This document shows, in pieces, positions 29,259 to 39,967 of a DNA stretch of 64,000 nt. A program made the translations under genes and the position numbers. Source of the stretch: an uncultured delta proteobacterium (GTDB lineage: Bacteria; Desulfobacterota; Desulfomonilia; UBA1062); contig CAWCTR010000014.1 in the NCBI GenBank assembly GCA_963798485.1, positions 160,001 through 224,000 on the forward strand. The letters run 5' to 3'. Position 1 is the first letter of the stretch, and each line of letters opens with the position of its first letter. Below the pieces are notes generated by a model that saw nothing but the letters and a program-made list of their open reading frames with translations, had not been told where the DNA came from and did no database searches.

Positions 29259-30683
29259 TTATCTGTTGGAAAATGTATTTAAAGCACCCATAGCCTTTGC
29301 AGCCTTCTCGGGTGAATCAAAGGTGGGGATGCATTTTGTATGAAGGGTATTGATACAGTTGTCTTCATTTCCGAAAAAGGAAGAGATGAGAAGGGGCTTC
29401 CCGTAACGCTCCGGCATGGATACAAGTTCTTCCAGATCGACCTTCATTGCCCCAATGAGCTCTTCCTTGGATACGTCCACAAAATTACTGATCGCAGGAT
29501 AGAGAAGTTCAAAGAATCCCGTGTCCATGATTCCGTGAATAATAATGCCATCCACCTCATCCGATTCGAAGAGTAACCTTGGAATATCTACGGACAATGC
29601 CTTCATATCTGTATGAAAGGTAAGGTCAACAGGGTTGCGGGCGCTTCCATGGGAAGGAAGGTATTTTGAGATCCTTTCCTGCAGGTTGGTGGAGAACTCA
29701 GGCACTTCAAGCCCTACACGGTTACAGGTGGTTGCAATGCCTGTCCCGGGACCGCCGGAATTCGTAAGCACGGCAATTCGCCTGCCTTTGAGTCTCGGTT
29801 GGGTGGCCAGTGCCCAGCCGATCTTGTACACGTCTTCTATGCTCTCCACACTGATAATACCGGCCTGTTTAAATAAGGCTTCATATAAGTGTCCGGGGCC
29901 GGACATGGCGCCTGTATGGCTCGATCCGGAGCGCGCACCCGCCTCGGTACCACCCACATATTGAGCTATGATAGGCTTGACCCTGCTCACATTTCTGGCC
30001 ACCTCAAGGAACCGGGATACATCCTTTATCCCTTCGATATAAAGACCTATGGCCTTTGTTGTCTCGTCCTGACCCAGGTATTCAAGACAGTCGATGATAG
30101 TGATGTCCGCCTCGTTTCCCACACTGATGGCCTTACTCATGACAATGCCGTTTTTATGCAGATATGAGACTACCTGGGCTATGTAGGTGCCGCTCTGGGA
30201 AGCAAGACCGAGCTTGCCGTTATAATCCTGGATAGGGCCGACGGTTATATTCATCGGCAGGTGGGTATTGACGATACCGAGACAGTTGGGACCGAGAAAG
30301 CGTATGCCGTATTGCCTTGCCTTTTCTATTAATACCTTCTCCAGCGCCTTTCCCTCCTCGCCGGTCTCCCTGAAACCTGCAGTAACAATGATTATGTGCC
30401 TTGTACCAAGCCTTCCAAAATCTTCAACCATTTCAGGAATGAGGCGTGTAGGAACGATAAGCACGGCAACATCCGGGGCAAAAGGGAGATCTGATATCCG
30501 TTGGTAAGCCTTTTTACCGAGCACGGTCTTCTCTTTGGGATGGATCGGCAGTATCTCTCCAGGAAAGCCATTTGTGATGAGGTTCAGACACTGGATAGTG
30601 CCCATGGTAGTGAAGGTATTGCTTGCGCCTGCAATGGCTATAGTAGCGGGGTTCATGAGTTTCTCAATTGGATTGCCTGCCAT
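29259..30683 (-). CDS. acyl-CoA synthetase (NDP-forming) alpha subunit-like CoA-binding protein
   Basis: GPNCLG, SQSG, VGNEAD, SHTG, NSGGPG, NPVD. Confidence 0.9.
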   Translation of the reverse strand: MAGNPIEKLMNPATIAIAGASNTFTTMGTIQCLNLITNGFPGEILPIHPKEKTVLGKKAYQRISDLPFAPDVAVLIVPTRLIPEMVEDFGRLGTRHIIIVTAGFRETGEEGKALEKVLIEKARQYGIRFLGPNCLGIVNTHLPMNITVGPIQDYNGKLGLASQSGTYIAQVVSYLHKNGIVMSKAISVGNEADITIIDCLEYLGQDETTKAIGLYIEGIKDVSRFLEVARNVSRVKPIIAQYVGGTEAGARSGSSHTGAMSGPGHLYEALFKQAGIISVESIEDVYKIGWALATQPRLKGRRIAVLTNSGGPGTGIATTCNRVGLEVPEFSTNLQERISKYLPSHGSARNPVDLTFHTDMKALSVDIPRLLFESDEVDGIIIHGIMDTGFFELLYPAISNFVDVSKEELIGAMKVDLEELVSMPERYGKPLLISSFFGNEDNCINTLHTKCIPTFDSPEKAAKAMGALNTFSNR

Positions 30684-30806
30684 TCATCCTCCAAATTCCG
30701 GCCCTGATGAGGGTTCCCATGCATGTCTGTGCCGTAATGTGCCACGTCTAAATCTGTTACCATAAATTTTCAGATAAAAATATCAACCAATGTTGTAACA
30801 CCCCTT

Positions 30807-31595
30807 ATGAAAAAGCGATTCCGGCCGATGAGAAAGATGTTGGAAGCAGTGTACTTCAAGGATGAAGGGCTGGACATGGGAATTGAATCGAGCATAACAA
30901 TGAATTCACATCAGATACGCAGGTTTTTGTGCGTGTTTCTCCTTTCTCTCATTGGTTTTTTCTCCATCATGGGGATCTTCAGCTACATCGACCCATACCC
31001 CTTAAAAGACTGGATCCACCTAAGGATTATGCTCCAGAAGGTTGGGGTTAAAGGTGCATTGCTCTTCATCTTCTGTGTTTCCATAATGCCGTTAGCTGCA
31101 CCCCTAAGCCTGCTTGTCATGGCAGGGTCATCGGTTTATGGGGCGCCACTCGGTATGGCGCTTTCGTATGTCGGCTGCCTGATCAATGCAAATCTTGTAT
31201 TTTTCCTGGTGAAGACCCTTGGTGTGGAGACAGCCTGGGGGCATGGGAAAAAGACATGCCGGGTAAAGAACGCTATCAGGAGAAACGGCTACTCCATCGT
31301 GTTGATACTCCAGATCCTTACTATCCTCCCCTTTACTGCGATAAACTTTACTGCCGCAGCGTCGGGTGTGTGCTGGCGGGATTTCATGAAGGCAACTATC
31401 TTCGGTATAGTACCGGGCATAGCCATCTTTTCACTGCTGGGGCACATGGTCCTTACCCAGTTCTTTACCCCGAGGTTCTACTTTTCATTCATTTGTGCAG
31501 CAGTATTCATGATCACCCTGGTAGCACTCATTAAGAAGAACACCCAGCTCAGAAAAAAAACCGTTGTGCAGATAGTCAAAGAAGAGCTTGTTTGA
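30807..31595 (+). CDS. TVP38/TMEM64 (DedA/VTT) membrane protein
   Basis: Multiple TM segments, PF..IN..A, F..AT..GI.PG; start uncertain. Confidence 0.8.
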   Translation: MKKRFRPMRKMLEAVYFKDEGLDMGIESSITMNSHQIRRFLCVFLLSLIGFFSIMGIFSYIDPYPLKDWIHLRIMLQKVGVKGALLFIFCVSIMPLAAPLSLLVMAGSSVYGAPLGMALSYVGCLINANLVFFLVKTLGVETAWGHGKKTCRVKNAIRRNGYSIVLILQILTILPFTAINFTAAASGVCWRDFMKATIFGIVPGIAIFSLLGHMVLTQFFTPRFYFSFICAAVFMITLVALIKKNTQLRKKTVVQIVKEELV

Positions 31596-32192
31596 AAAGT
31601 GAGGATCGTAGTCTAATATCCCTTTGCGCGGATGGTGAAGTCCCTGGCCGAATACCCTTATTGATAATTCCTTATTTATCCGTAAGGGAATAACCCCCTG
31701 CATCAGGAAAAAGCCGCCTTTTTTTGCCAAGGCAAGGCCCATGATCTTATTCTCTCCGATCACAAGCTCAGTTGGAGTCGGCCGTGCAAAGCATATTGAA
31801 GAGAAGGCGTGGTTACCGCCTTTTATTTCTGTCTCGATGCCGCAACCGTGAAAGGCTCCTTTGAACACGCGTGAAATTATTTCTGAACAAGCAGGGATAC
31901 TCCCGGCAAGAGCCCCGGTCGCCTTTGAGCATATGCTGAAGGTAATGTCGTCGTAATGCAGCACAGCCCCCCCGCCAGTGGGCCTTCGTATTACGGGGAT
32001 ATTAAGACTGGTGTCATGAACAGTGAAGTGTTTCTGGTGAAAACCGCACGTCAGGGCAGGCTCAGCCCAGTTATAAATGCGTAAAGCCCCTTTGATTTTT
32101 CCGCGTCTGAGTGTCTCGAAGAGTTCGAGGTCTCTTTCCATAGTATGCAGGGCAGGGCATCTTCCATCGTGTAGGAGCTGCCATGTGTTCAT
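31485..32192 (-). CDS. lipoate-protein ligase/octanoyltransferase family
   Basis: LRIY.W..PA, RRPTGGGAVLH, KI.G.A. Confidence 0.88.
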   Translation of the reverse strand: MNTWQLLHDGRCPALHTMERDLELFETLRRGKIKGALRIYNWAEPALTCGFHQKHFTVHDTSLNIPVIRRPTGGGAVLHYDDITFSICSKATGALAGSIPACSEIISRVFKGAFHGCGIETEIKGGNHAFSSICFARPTPTELVIGENKIMGLALAKKGGFFLMQGVIPLRINKELSIRVFGQGLHHPRKGILDYDPHFSNKLFFDYLHNGFFSELGVLLNECYQGDHEYCCTNE

Positions 32193-32602
32193 AACTCCTC
32201 AATAATGAAGAGCTGATCACCATATCCTACCCGTTCACCGTCACGTTTTAGTATGGCTGCAACAATCCCGTCAACATGGGACTCAATCTCATTCATGAGT
32301 TTCATGGCCTCGATAACACACAAGGCTTGGTTTTTAGCTACCCGGTCACCCACCTGTACATACGGGGATGTCTCCGGCGATGGGGACCTGTAGAACGTAC
32401 CCACCAGGGGCGAAGTCACGGTAACAGTGTGTTTTTCCTTCATGCCTATGCCGGTGCGGTCATTGTCTTGATGCCGTGAAGGGGTTGCTTCATACTGACT
32501 GGATCTCCGGATAATATGGATACGCTCAGGTGTCCAATCCAACTCTACTACGTCGGTATCCTTTATGAGTTCAATGAGATCCTTGACATTTTTAATGTTC
32601 AT
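32189..32602 (-). CDS. accB: biotin carboxyl carrier protein
   Basis: SPLVGTFYRSP, EAMKLMNEI. Confidence 0.93.
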   Translation of the reverse strand: MNIKNVKDLIELIKDTDVVELDWTPERIHIIRRSSQYEATPSRHQDNDRTGIGMKEKHTVTVTSPLVGTFYRSPSPETSPYVQVGDRVAKNQALCVIEAMKLMNEIESHVDGIVAAILKRDGERVGYGDQLFIIEEL

Positions 32603-33166
32603 TCAGCTTACTCTCTCAATATAGTTCCCTGTCCTGGTGTCCACCTTGACCACTTCACCAGTGCTGACGAACAGGGGGACTTGAATGGTTGCACCGGTCT
32701 CCAGTTTGGCAGGCTTCGATCCTCCGGAGGCGGTATTACCTTTCAGGCCCGGGTCGGTTTCCACAATCTCAAGATTGAGAAACATGGGGAGCTCGATGCC
32801 GATGGCCTTGCCATTGTGGAGGAGAACCTCCACCTCAACGTTCTCCTTGAGATAACCGAGCGCCTCCTCCATTTGATCTTCCGTGAGCGTCATCTGTTCA
32901 TAGGTCTGGGTGTCCATGAAACAGTATCCCGTTTCATCCTGGTAAAGAAAAGACATCTTCTTTTCTTCCAGGTCAGGGACATCCACCTTTTCACCGGAGC
33001 GGAAGGTTTTGTCCAAGACATTGCCCGTAATCAGGCTTTTCATCTTGGTCCTTACAAAAGCCCCGCCCTTGCCGGGCTTCACGTGCTGAAAATCCACTAT
33101 GGTAAAGGGTTCACCATCGATCTCAATCTTCAGGTTCTTCCTGAACTGTGCTGTTGAATACTGCAT
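32603..33166 (-). CDS. efp: elongation factor P
   Basis: HVKPGKGGAF, KPAKLETG, VPLF, DTRTG.Y. Confidence 0.97.
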   Translation of the reverse strand: MQYSTAQFRKNLKIEIDGEPFTIVDFQHVKPGKGGAFVRTKMKSLITGNVLDKTFRSGEKVDVPDLEEKKMSFLYQDETGYCFMDTQTYEQMTLTEDQMEEALGYLKENVEVEVLLHNGKAIGIELPMFLNLEIVETDPGLKGNTASGGSKPAKLETGATIQVPLFVSTGEVVKVDTRTGNYIERVS

Positions 33167-33178
33167 GTATCCTCACCT

Positions 33179-34240
33179 CTAGCTGATATTTCTCATGGTT
33201 TCCTTATCAAGATTTGTAAGAAGCTTGCAAGAATTATCTGTTATCAGTGCCATATCTTCCAGTCTGATGCCGAACCGGCCTGGTATATATACACCGGGCT
33301 CGATGGTGATGACCATACCTTTCTCCAGTATATCTTCAGACAGTGGTGATACTGAAGGGGCCTCATGGACCTCCATGCCCACCCCATGACCGAGCCCGTG
33401 GCCGAAAAAGGCACCCAGCCCGTGTGTGCCAAGGTAATCACGCGCTATCCGGTCGAGGTCCAATGCCTTAACACCGGACGTCAGTGCCTTGATGGAGCGG
33501 GCCTGTGCCTCTTTCACCCTCATGTATGATTCTTGAAAGTCTCCTTCAATGTTTCCGGTAGTTACCGTGATTGTCTGGTCCGAGCAATAGCCCTTATAGA
33601 CACATCCAAAGTCGATTATTACCACTTCATTCTTGCCGATAACCTTATCTGAGGCAGCGCCATGGGGCATAGCAGAGCGTGGCCCAGAGGCAATGATGAG
33701 CTCAAACGAGGAAGCGCTCGCACCACGGGTCTTCATCTCCCCTTCAAGGTCAAGGGCCACATCGAGTTCCTTGCGCCCGATAATTCCCTTGGCAAGTACG
33801 GATTGCAAGGCCGTTTCCGAAATACGGGCAGCCTTCATAATACTATCAACCTCTGCGGCATCCTTTATGGCGCGCAGTGTCTTGAGCTGTCCGCCCAGGG
33901 GTGTCATTTCGATGCCCTTGTAGAGATCCTTCATTTTAATAAAGCTATCGACGTCCAATATGTTTGACTCGACCCCCAAGGTCTTCACACCCTCTTCCTG
34001 CAGGATTGCATGTATGCCTTCCCATCGCCTGGTAATCTCATGGACTTGAGCCTGGGTTTCCTGCCGTGCCTGGAGGGTGTTTCGTGAATCCACGAACAGG
34101 AAATCCTTGTATTCAGTATAAACATACACGGCATCCGAGCCGGAATAACCACTCAGGTAGGTGATGCTGGGCCGGGACAACAGCAGGATGGCATCCAGGC
34201 CCTTGAGATAGTGGCGGGCCCTACTGAGCCTGCTTTCCAT
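33179..34240 (-). CDS. Xaa-Pro aminopeptidase (M24)
   Basis: PHG, DFG, Y.SD, GHGLGHGVG.EVHE, TIEPG, GIRLED. Confidence 0.93.
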   Translation of the reverse strand: MESRLSRARHYLKGLDAILLLSRPSITYLSGYSGSDAVYVYTEYKDFLFVDSRNTLQARQETQAQVHEITRRWEGIHAILQEEGVKTLGVESNILDVDSFIKMKDLYKGIEMTPLGGQLKTLRAIKDAAEVDSIMKAARISETALQSVLAKGIIGRKELDVALDLEGEMKTRGASASSFELIIASGPRSAMPHGAASDKVIGKNEVVIIDFGCVYKGYCSDQTITVTTGNIEGDFQESYMRVKEAQARSIKALTSGVKALDLDRIARDYLGTHGLGAFFGHGLGHGVGMEVHEAPSVSPLSEDILEKGMVITIEPGVYIPGRFGIRLEDMALITDNSCKLLTNLDKETMRNIS

Positions 34241-34667
34241 AGAGCCCCCATATAGCCTCAACAGCAAGCTCATAGCCAAGAGGACCAAATCCCGATATAC
34301 TGCCTGCTGCTATGTCGGAAAATAAATTGATCTGGCGGAATTGCTCCCTGGCCGCAACCTTGCTCAAATGCACCTCAATGAAAGGGAGACTTACCGCAAG
34401 CAGGGCGTCCCGTAAGGCCACCGAGGTATGGGTGTATCCACCCGGATTGAGTATGAACCCATGTATGCCCGATGCCGGGGCCTTATGGACCTTATCGATA
34501 AGATCACCTTCATGGTTGGATTGGAAAAAATCCACTTCAACCCCAACGGTAAAGGCCTTACGCCTGATGAGACCTTCAATGTCATCAAGCGTCGTGGTGC
34601 CGTAGATGGATGTTTCCCTGCGGCCAAGCATATTCAGATTGGGTCCGTTGATTACCATAATCTTCAT
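34221..34667 (-). CDS. aroQ: type II 3-dehydroquinate dehydratase
   Basis: NGPNLNMLG.RE..IYG, QSNHEG, NPGGYTHTS, EVHLS. Confidence 0.96.
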   Translation of the reverse strand: MKIMVINGPNLNMLGRRETSIYGTTTLDDIEGLIRRKAFTVGVEVDFFQSNHEGDLIDKVHKAPASGIHGFILNPGGYTHTSVALRDALLAVSLPFIEVHLSKVAAREQFRQINLFSDIAAGSISGFGPLGYELAVEAIWGLYGKQAQ

Positions 34668-35200
34668 TTCTTCAACCTCTCAAGCCAGCCATGCAGGGTT
34701 TTCATAATAAAGAGGTCCTGTGCGTTACCGGCTTCCTGCTGGGCTGTATCATCAAGTCCGGAAATTTTATCAACCTGAGCATAGATATCAAGTGCCTGCT
34801 CATAATGTCCCTGTTGAGCGTAAATCTTGGCAAGTTCAATGGAAGGCTCATTCATGAGCATCTCAGGGACCTCTTGTCGCTCAAGCAGGTCCCGGGCCTC
34901 ATCATCTTCAGGATGAAATGCAAGGTATTTTTGGAGGTATGCCTTGGCCTGTAGGACATCTTCTTTCTGATTATAGATAAGGGCAAGATAGTAGAATGAC
35001 TTTATTAAACCTTCGGCTTGATCTGCAATCTTACCTAAGACGTCCAGGGCCTCACCTTCTCTGCCGATCTTGAACAGGGAAATCCCTAGCAGAAGCCTGT
35101 CTTCAGGATTTCTACGGTATTTGGCTGCCCGGACAACGTCCAGAAACCTGCCCTCTTCAAAGGCTATCTTCACATTCTCTGACAAACCGGCCATAAGCAC
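34664..35200 (-). CDS. TPR protein
   Basis: TPR-like helices (LAKIYAQQGHYEQAL.IY). Confidence 0.75.
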   Translation of the reverse strand: MLMAGLSENVKIAFEEGRFLDVVRAAKYRRNPEDRLLLGISLFKIGREGEALDVLGKIADQAEGLIKSFYYLALIYNQKEDVLQAKAYLQKYLAFHPEDDEARDLLERQEVPEMLMNEPSIELAKIYAQQGHYEQALDIYAQVDKISGLDDTAQQEAGNAQDLFIMKTLHGWLERLKK

Positions 35201-36716
35201 CTAATATTTGAGAACCAGTAAGCTTTTTAACGGTAGCATCACCGATTGATGGAGTCAATACAAAGTGAATCCCATCCTGCCCTGCTTTTTTGTCCATAGC
35301 AATGGCACTGCTTATCTCATCTGCTTGAGGATATTGAAGTTCTTGAAGAGAATAGGTCCATTTTTTAATCAGCCGGAATATCCTTTCCATGTCCTTGACC
35401 TCTATAAGGCCTAGCTCACGTGATAACCAGGAGGCAAAAAACATCCCCGCAGCCACGGCCCTGCCATGGCTTGCTTTATAGTTCCGGGAAAGCTCGATTG
35501 CATGTCCTAAGGTATGGCCGAAGTTGAGTATCCTCCGCAGACCCCCTTCCCTTTCATCCCGGCTTACAACAAATGCCTTATCGCGCGCACATAAAGCCAC
35601 GATCTTCTCATAATCAGGGGTATGAGTGGATTCAAGCTCATCAAAGAGATCCTTATCCATGATAATGCCGTATTTAATGACCTCGGCCATGGCATCTTGT
35701 ATATGAGCAGGTTCCAACGTAGAAAGAAATTCTATATCGCTGAGCACGAAAAGGGGCTGATGAAAGGTGCCTACAAGGTTCTTGCCATGCTTGACGTCAA
35801 TGGCGGTCTTGCCGCCGATACTCGAATCCACCTGGGCCAGCAGTGTGGTGGGGATCTGCACTACCGGGATGCCACGCATGTAGATACTCGACGCAAAGGC
35901 CGCCAAGTCACCGGTAACACCGCCTCCCACGGCAAGGCAAAGCCATTGCCTGTTTGCCTGGGCTGTGAACATCTCGTCCAATACCTTCATCAGGGAGGAA
36001 AATGACTTTGACGACTCGCCGGATGGTATTGTTATGATGTGGTGTTTCAATCCTGCAAGCGAAGAACGGATAAGCTTGCCATAGTGTATGAAGACTTGTT
36101 CATCTGCGAGCACCAAGACGCCCTCGGGATGGATGTGACGGGAAATATATTTCCGGAGGTCTTTGAAGATGCCCCGGCCGATGTAAATGGGATAAGGGTT
36201 TGCCAAGGCAAGGACTGCAACGGGTTCTATGGATGAGCTTGTCAGGCTGAAGATTTCCTGCACAACTTCCTGGGCAGTCCTTCCATCCGTGTCTTTTATG
36301 ATATCGGCATCTTCATAGGCGGGGGTCCTCTCAAGGAGAAGACTTCGCGCTTGCTCGTTCCACAATGGCCTTCCGGTATCTTCCGGGACCCGTTCCGCGA
36401 GAGTTTCAAAGGTAGAACGGAGATAAATGATATGGCCGCAGGCCTTCATAAGTGCCCTGTTCACAGGATTTACCGGGAGTCCGCCCCCGGTTGCCACAAC
36501 TGCGTTATGATCCTTGCCGGCAACATCGATCAGGGCCTCGCGCTCGAGGATTCTGAACACAGCCTCGCCTGCACATGCAAAGATCTCGCCCACAGTACTA
36601 CATGCCTTTGTGCTGACATGCTCGTCGAGATCGATGAATGGACGGCCGAGAAGTTCGGCGAGTCTTCTGCCTACGGTAGTCTTGCCTGAACCCATAAAGC
36701 CGGTGAGGAAGATCAT
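35157..36716 (-). CDS. aroKB: bifunctional shikimate kinase / 3-dehydroquinate synthase
   Basis: GFMGSGKT..GGG..RPL, then GGGV.GD, PTTLL.QVDSS.GGK, LNFGHT.GHA. Confidence 0.95.
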   Translation of the reverse strand: MIFLTGFMGSGKTTVGRRLAELLGRPFIDLDEHVSTKACSTVGEIFACAGEAVFRILEREALIDVAGKDHNAVVATGGGLPVNPVNRALMKACGHIIYLRSTFETLAERVPEDTGRPLWNEQARSLLLERTPAYEDADIIKDTDGRTAQEVVQEIFSLTSSSIEPVAVLALANPYPIYIGRGIFKDLRKYISRHIHPEGVLVLADEQVFIHYGKLIRSSLAGLKHHIITIPSGESSKSFSSLMKVLDEMFTAQANRQWLCLAVGGGVTGDLAAFASSIYMRGIPVVQIPTTLLAQVDSSIGGKTAIDVKHGKNLVGTFHQPLFVLSDIEFLSTLEPAHIQDAMAEVIKYGIIMDKDLFDELESTHTPDYEKIVALCARDKAFVVSRDEREGGLRRILNFGHTLGHAIELSRNYKASHGRAVAAGMFFASWLSRELGLIEVKDMERIFRLIKKWTYSLQELQYPQADEISSAIAMDKKAGQDGIHFVLTPSIGDATVKKLTGSQILGAYGRFVRECEDSL

Positions 36717-37846
36717 AGGCCCTCCCAAAACTTCCTGTGTCTGTCAAACGCCTTCTTTAGCTCATCCATGTTGGGCTGGTTATAGCTCTCGATGATGGCG
36801 CAAGACACTGCAATAATAGCCATGGCCTCTCCTACCACAGATGCTGCAGGAACAGCGCACACGTCCGCACGTTCGTAGCTTGCCTGAACTGCCATACCGG
36901 TGCGCATGTCAAAGGTTGGCATACCTTTTTTGAGGGTGGGGATCGGCTTCATTGTGCATGTTATTACCACTGGTTCACCGTTGGTTACCCCTCCCTCCAG
37001 GCCGCCTGCGTTGTTGGATGACCTGGTCTTGGGCCGTGTGGGCAGGATGGGGTCATGAACCTTGGAGCCCGGCATTTCGCCGCACGCGATACCAGCACCG
37101 ATCTGGACGGCCTTTATGGCCGGGATGGACATGAGATGCATGGACAGCAGGGCATCCAAACGCTGTTCCCATTGCGTGTAAGAACCGATACCGGCTGGCA
37201 GGCCTTTAATCACAACCACGAATTCACCACCAATTGAGTCACCTGCTGAAGCTATCTGGTCGATGATATGCTCCATGTCCAGTGTAGACTTCTCATCGGG
37301 GCAGAATACGCTGGAGCTATCCCTCTTCAGCTGGTCGAAGGGACCATCATAGGTCGATGCACCGATCCTTCTCACCCATGAAGAGGCATTGATATCAAGG
37401 CAGGAAAGGAAAGAACGCAAGAGCCCCCCTGCTGCTACCCTTCCGGCGGTTTCACGGGCGCTGGAGCGCTCGAGCACATTCCTCAGATCCGTGTGCCTGA
37501 ACCTGGCGGCACCTGCAAGATCTGCATGACCTGGCCTGGGTGTATGGAGTTCCCTTCCGGGGATTATCTCCCATGGGTCCATGTATTCCTTCCAATCTTC
37601 AAAATCCCTGTTCCAGACAGCTATGAGCACCGGGCTTCCCAATGTGACCCCACCTCTGATGCCTGACAGCACATCCACCATGTCCAGTTCGATAGACATG
37701 CGTGGGCCCCTGCCATATCCCTTCTGGCGCCTAGCAAGATCGGCATTTATAGTGCCCCTGTCCACCCTAAGCCCTGCCGGCAACCCGTCAAGGAAGCAAA
37801 AGACACCCCTGCCGTGGGATTCACCTGCTGTATAAAAATGGAGCAT
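36713..37846 (-). CDS. aroC: chorismate synthase
   Basis: TAGESHG, RPGHAD, ERSSARETA, KPIPT. Confidence 0.97.
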   Translation of the reverse strand: MLHFYTAGESHGRGVFCFLDGLPAGLRVDRGTINADLARRQKGYGRGPRMSIELDMVDVLSGIRGGVTLGSPVLIAVWNRDFEDWKEYMDPWEIIPGRELHTPRPGHADLAGAARFRHTDLRNVLERSSARETAGRVAAGGLLRSFLSCLDINASSWVRRIGASTYDGPFDQLKRDSSSVFCPDEKSTLDMEHIIDQIASAGDSIGGEFVVVIKGLPAGIGSYTQWEQRLDALLSMHLMSIPAIKAVQIGAGIACGEMPGSKVHDPILPTRPKTRSSNNAGGLEGGVTNGEPVVITCTMKPIPTLKKGMPTFDMRTGMAVQASYERADVCAVPAASVVGEAMAIIAVSCAIIESYNQPNMDELKKAFDRHRKFWEGL

Positions 37847-37923
37847 GAAACCTCCGGACCAATTTCAATTGGATGCGATTATCGTGGATGAAGGCAGGGT
37901 TTGTCAACAGAGCTTAAAAGACA

Positions 37924-37982
37924 GGCTATCAGCAGTCGGCTGTCAGCTACCTGAAAAAGCTGAATGCTGATTGCTGATAGCC
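37924..37982. repeat. inverted repeat built of 7-nt GCTGA-type units
   Basis: GGCTATCAGCAGTCGGCTGTCAGCT ... AGCTGAATGCTGATTGCTGATAGCC. Confidence 0.65.
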
Positions 37983-38002
37983 GAATGCCATGAGAGAAGG
38001 GG

Positions 38003-39904
38003 CTAGAAACTGATTTTTGCCGCAAACCGGTATGTTCTCCCTGAAACGGGATACCAGGCGTTCCCGAAAGATGATTTGTATACATACTCGGGTGACCGGT
38101 CATCCAGAAGATTGTCCACCTTGAAGGAGATCGTGGCATCCTTGCTCACATCGAGCAAGGCCCCGGCATTCACAAGATAACGGTTATCCGTGCGCTCTGT
38201 GTTGGCACTGTCCTCGTATGAGCCTTGACGGAACTGATACGAAAGAGAAAACGTTGCATTTCTACCTGCAATTTCCGGCAGGTAATCCGCCTGGATATTG
38301 AGCACTTGAGGGGGATCCTCTTCCAGGTGGTTCCCTTTGTATGGGCCGCTTTCATAGGTATTGCGGCTTAGGATATAATTAGTCGAAAATTTAACCATGC
38401 TTGTGGGTGCAACCCATGCATTTGTCTCGATGCCGGAAGACCCGGCCTTATCGACGTTTATATACGTAAATGTGTCGGCTGTCGGGTAATCCGTCTTGAT
38501 GAGGTCGCGATAGGTGGTGAGGAAATAATCGACACTGAAGCCATAGGTATTCATGGAAATGTAGGGACCGATGTCCCAGTTGAATGAATGTTCGGGCTTG
38601 AGGTCCGGATTGGCAATGAAGGTGCTGCCCGGGTATGAAGGGGAGTAAAGCTTGCCCATGTCGGGCACAAGATATCCGGTGCCTGCATTGGTCTTGAGCT
38701 GGACATGGTCGATCACCTTCCATGCAGCGCCTGCATGATATGACCACTGGCCATTGAAATCCGTGTTATTGTCATATCTTCCCGTTAACTCCAGAAAAAC
38801 CGGCTGAAGGTCCATACCGGCTGATAAGGAACCGGTTCCGGTGGAACGTGAGTGTACCCCGTAATCGTCGCTGCTCATTCTCTCATTGAGATATTCCGCA
38901 CCCGGGGTCAGTGTAACCAACCCGATCTTCCGGGAATAAGAGACTGAAAGATCCTTGTTGGACAGTATTGTCGTGTTATCACCCGAAGAGGGTCTCTCGT
39001 TATGGATCCTGTCGGTCAAGATCCATGCGCGGGCATTGAACGTTTGATCCTGGGTAAAAGCCTTTTTGGTTTCAAGAAGGATCGTGTTCTGGATAGTATC
39101 TGTCCTGTCATTGGGCGTAATGTAGCCGGGCTCGATCCCAGGAGACCCCTCTGTCTGGTCGATGAAGTTGCCCGTTACGGAACTCTGCCAGCCCTTTGCA
39201 TCAAAGACGGCCTTGATGAGGCCCGTGGTGTTTTCAATGTCGTTGTTTTCCCGACGGGTCCATGTGCCGTCATCTTTTTTGTAACGGAAGTCATTGTCTG
39301 CAAAGGCATGGGTAAGGTTTGCCAGGATACCCACCTGGCCTTCATGGGTGCTTACATGTCCGTGGTAGAGGCCGTAGTTATAGGTCCCCTGTGAAGAGTA
39401 TAGATTGTATTCATCAATGGGAGATGGGTTTTCTGTAACGAGGTTGATGACCCCCCCCATGGCCGAGTTGCCGAAGGCTGCGCTGTCACTGCCTTTGATA
39501 ATCTCGACCCGGTCCATGTCGGGAAGCATATACTCAGAGAGGTCTACCATATCCCCGGTCACCGGGTTGAGCGGTATGCCGTCAAGGGTGATGAGGGTCT
39601 GCCGATAGCTGGAACCACGGAGTGATACCGGTGATGTTGTGGCCCCGCCATAGTCACTGAGGTCAACGGATGATGCCTTGCGAAGTGCCTCGCTCGTATC
39701 GATGAGGCCTGTGGATTCGGGCCCCGGGATCACGATGTCGGAAAATGACGTGGGGGCCTTTTTCGTAACCGAATCCGTGGACGGACTTTCCATCGTGGGG
39801 GTGACAACGATAAGGATCTCTGAAGCTGCCTGGATGGTGCTGTTCGTTAATGCCAGGAGAATGAGGAGTGAAGCAAGGAGCCATAATACTTTGTGATGGT
39901 CCAT
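38003..39904 (-). CDS. TonB-dependent receptor, probably cobalamin (BtuB-like)
   Basis: Plug motifs (LRGS, LDG.P, RVEIIKG, GGVIN), C-terminal NLLD..GRT...F; downstream of B12 riboswitch; start at 39904 with GGAGG. Confidence 0.88.
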   Translation of the reverse strand: MDHHKVLWLLASLLILLALTNSTIQAASEILIVVTPTMESPSTDSVTKKAPTSFSDIVIPGPESTGLIDTSEALRKASSVDLSDYGGATTSPVSLRGSSYRQTLITLDGIPLNPVTGDMVDLSEYMLPDMDRVEIIKGSDSAAFGNSAMGGVINLVTENPSPIDEYNLYSSQGTYNYGLYHGHVSTHEGQVGILANLTHAFADNDFRYKKDDGTWTRRENNDIENTTGLIKAVFDAKGWQSSVTGNFIDQTEGSPGIEPGYITPNDRTDTIQNTILLETKKAFTQDQTFNARAWILTDRIHNERPSSGDNTTILSNKDLSVSYSRKIGLVTLTPGAEYLNERMSSDDYGVHSRSTGTGSLSAGMDLQPVFLELTGRYDNNTDFNGQWSYHAGAAWKVIDHVQLKTNAGTGYLVPDMGKLYSPSYPGSTFIANPDLKPEHSFNWDIGPYISMNTYGFSVDYFLTTYRDLIKTDYPTADTFTYINVDKAGSSGIETNAWVAPTSMVKFSTNYILSRNTYESGPYKGNHLEEDPPQVLNIQADYLPEIAGRNATFSLSYQFRQGSYEDSANTERTDNRYLVNAGALLDVSKDATISFKVDNLLDDRSPEYVYKSSFGNAWYPVSGRTYRFAAKISF

Positions 39905-39967
39905 TTGGACACCTCCATGGAATATTCCCTTGGAGTCTCCACCCAGGCACGCAGGTGTAGTCCGGAC

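Noticed and set aside
35157-36716. AroK-AroB fusion as a novelty
   Set aside because: Known fusion in several bacterial lineages
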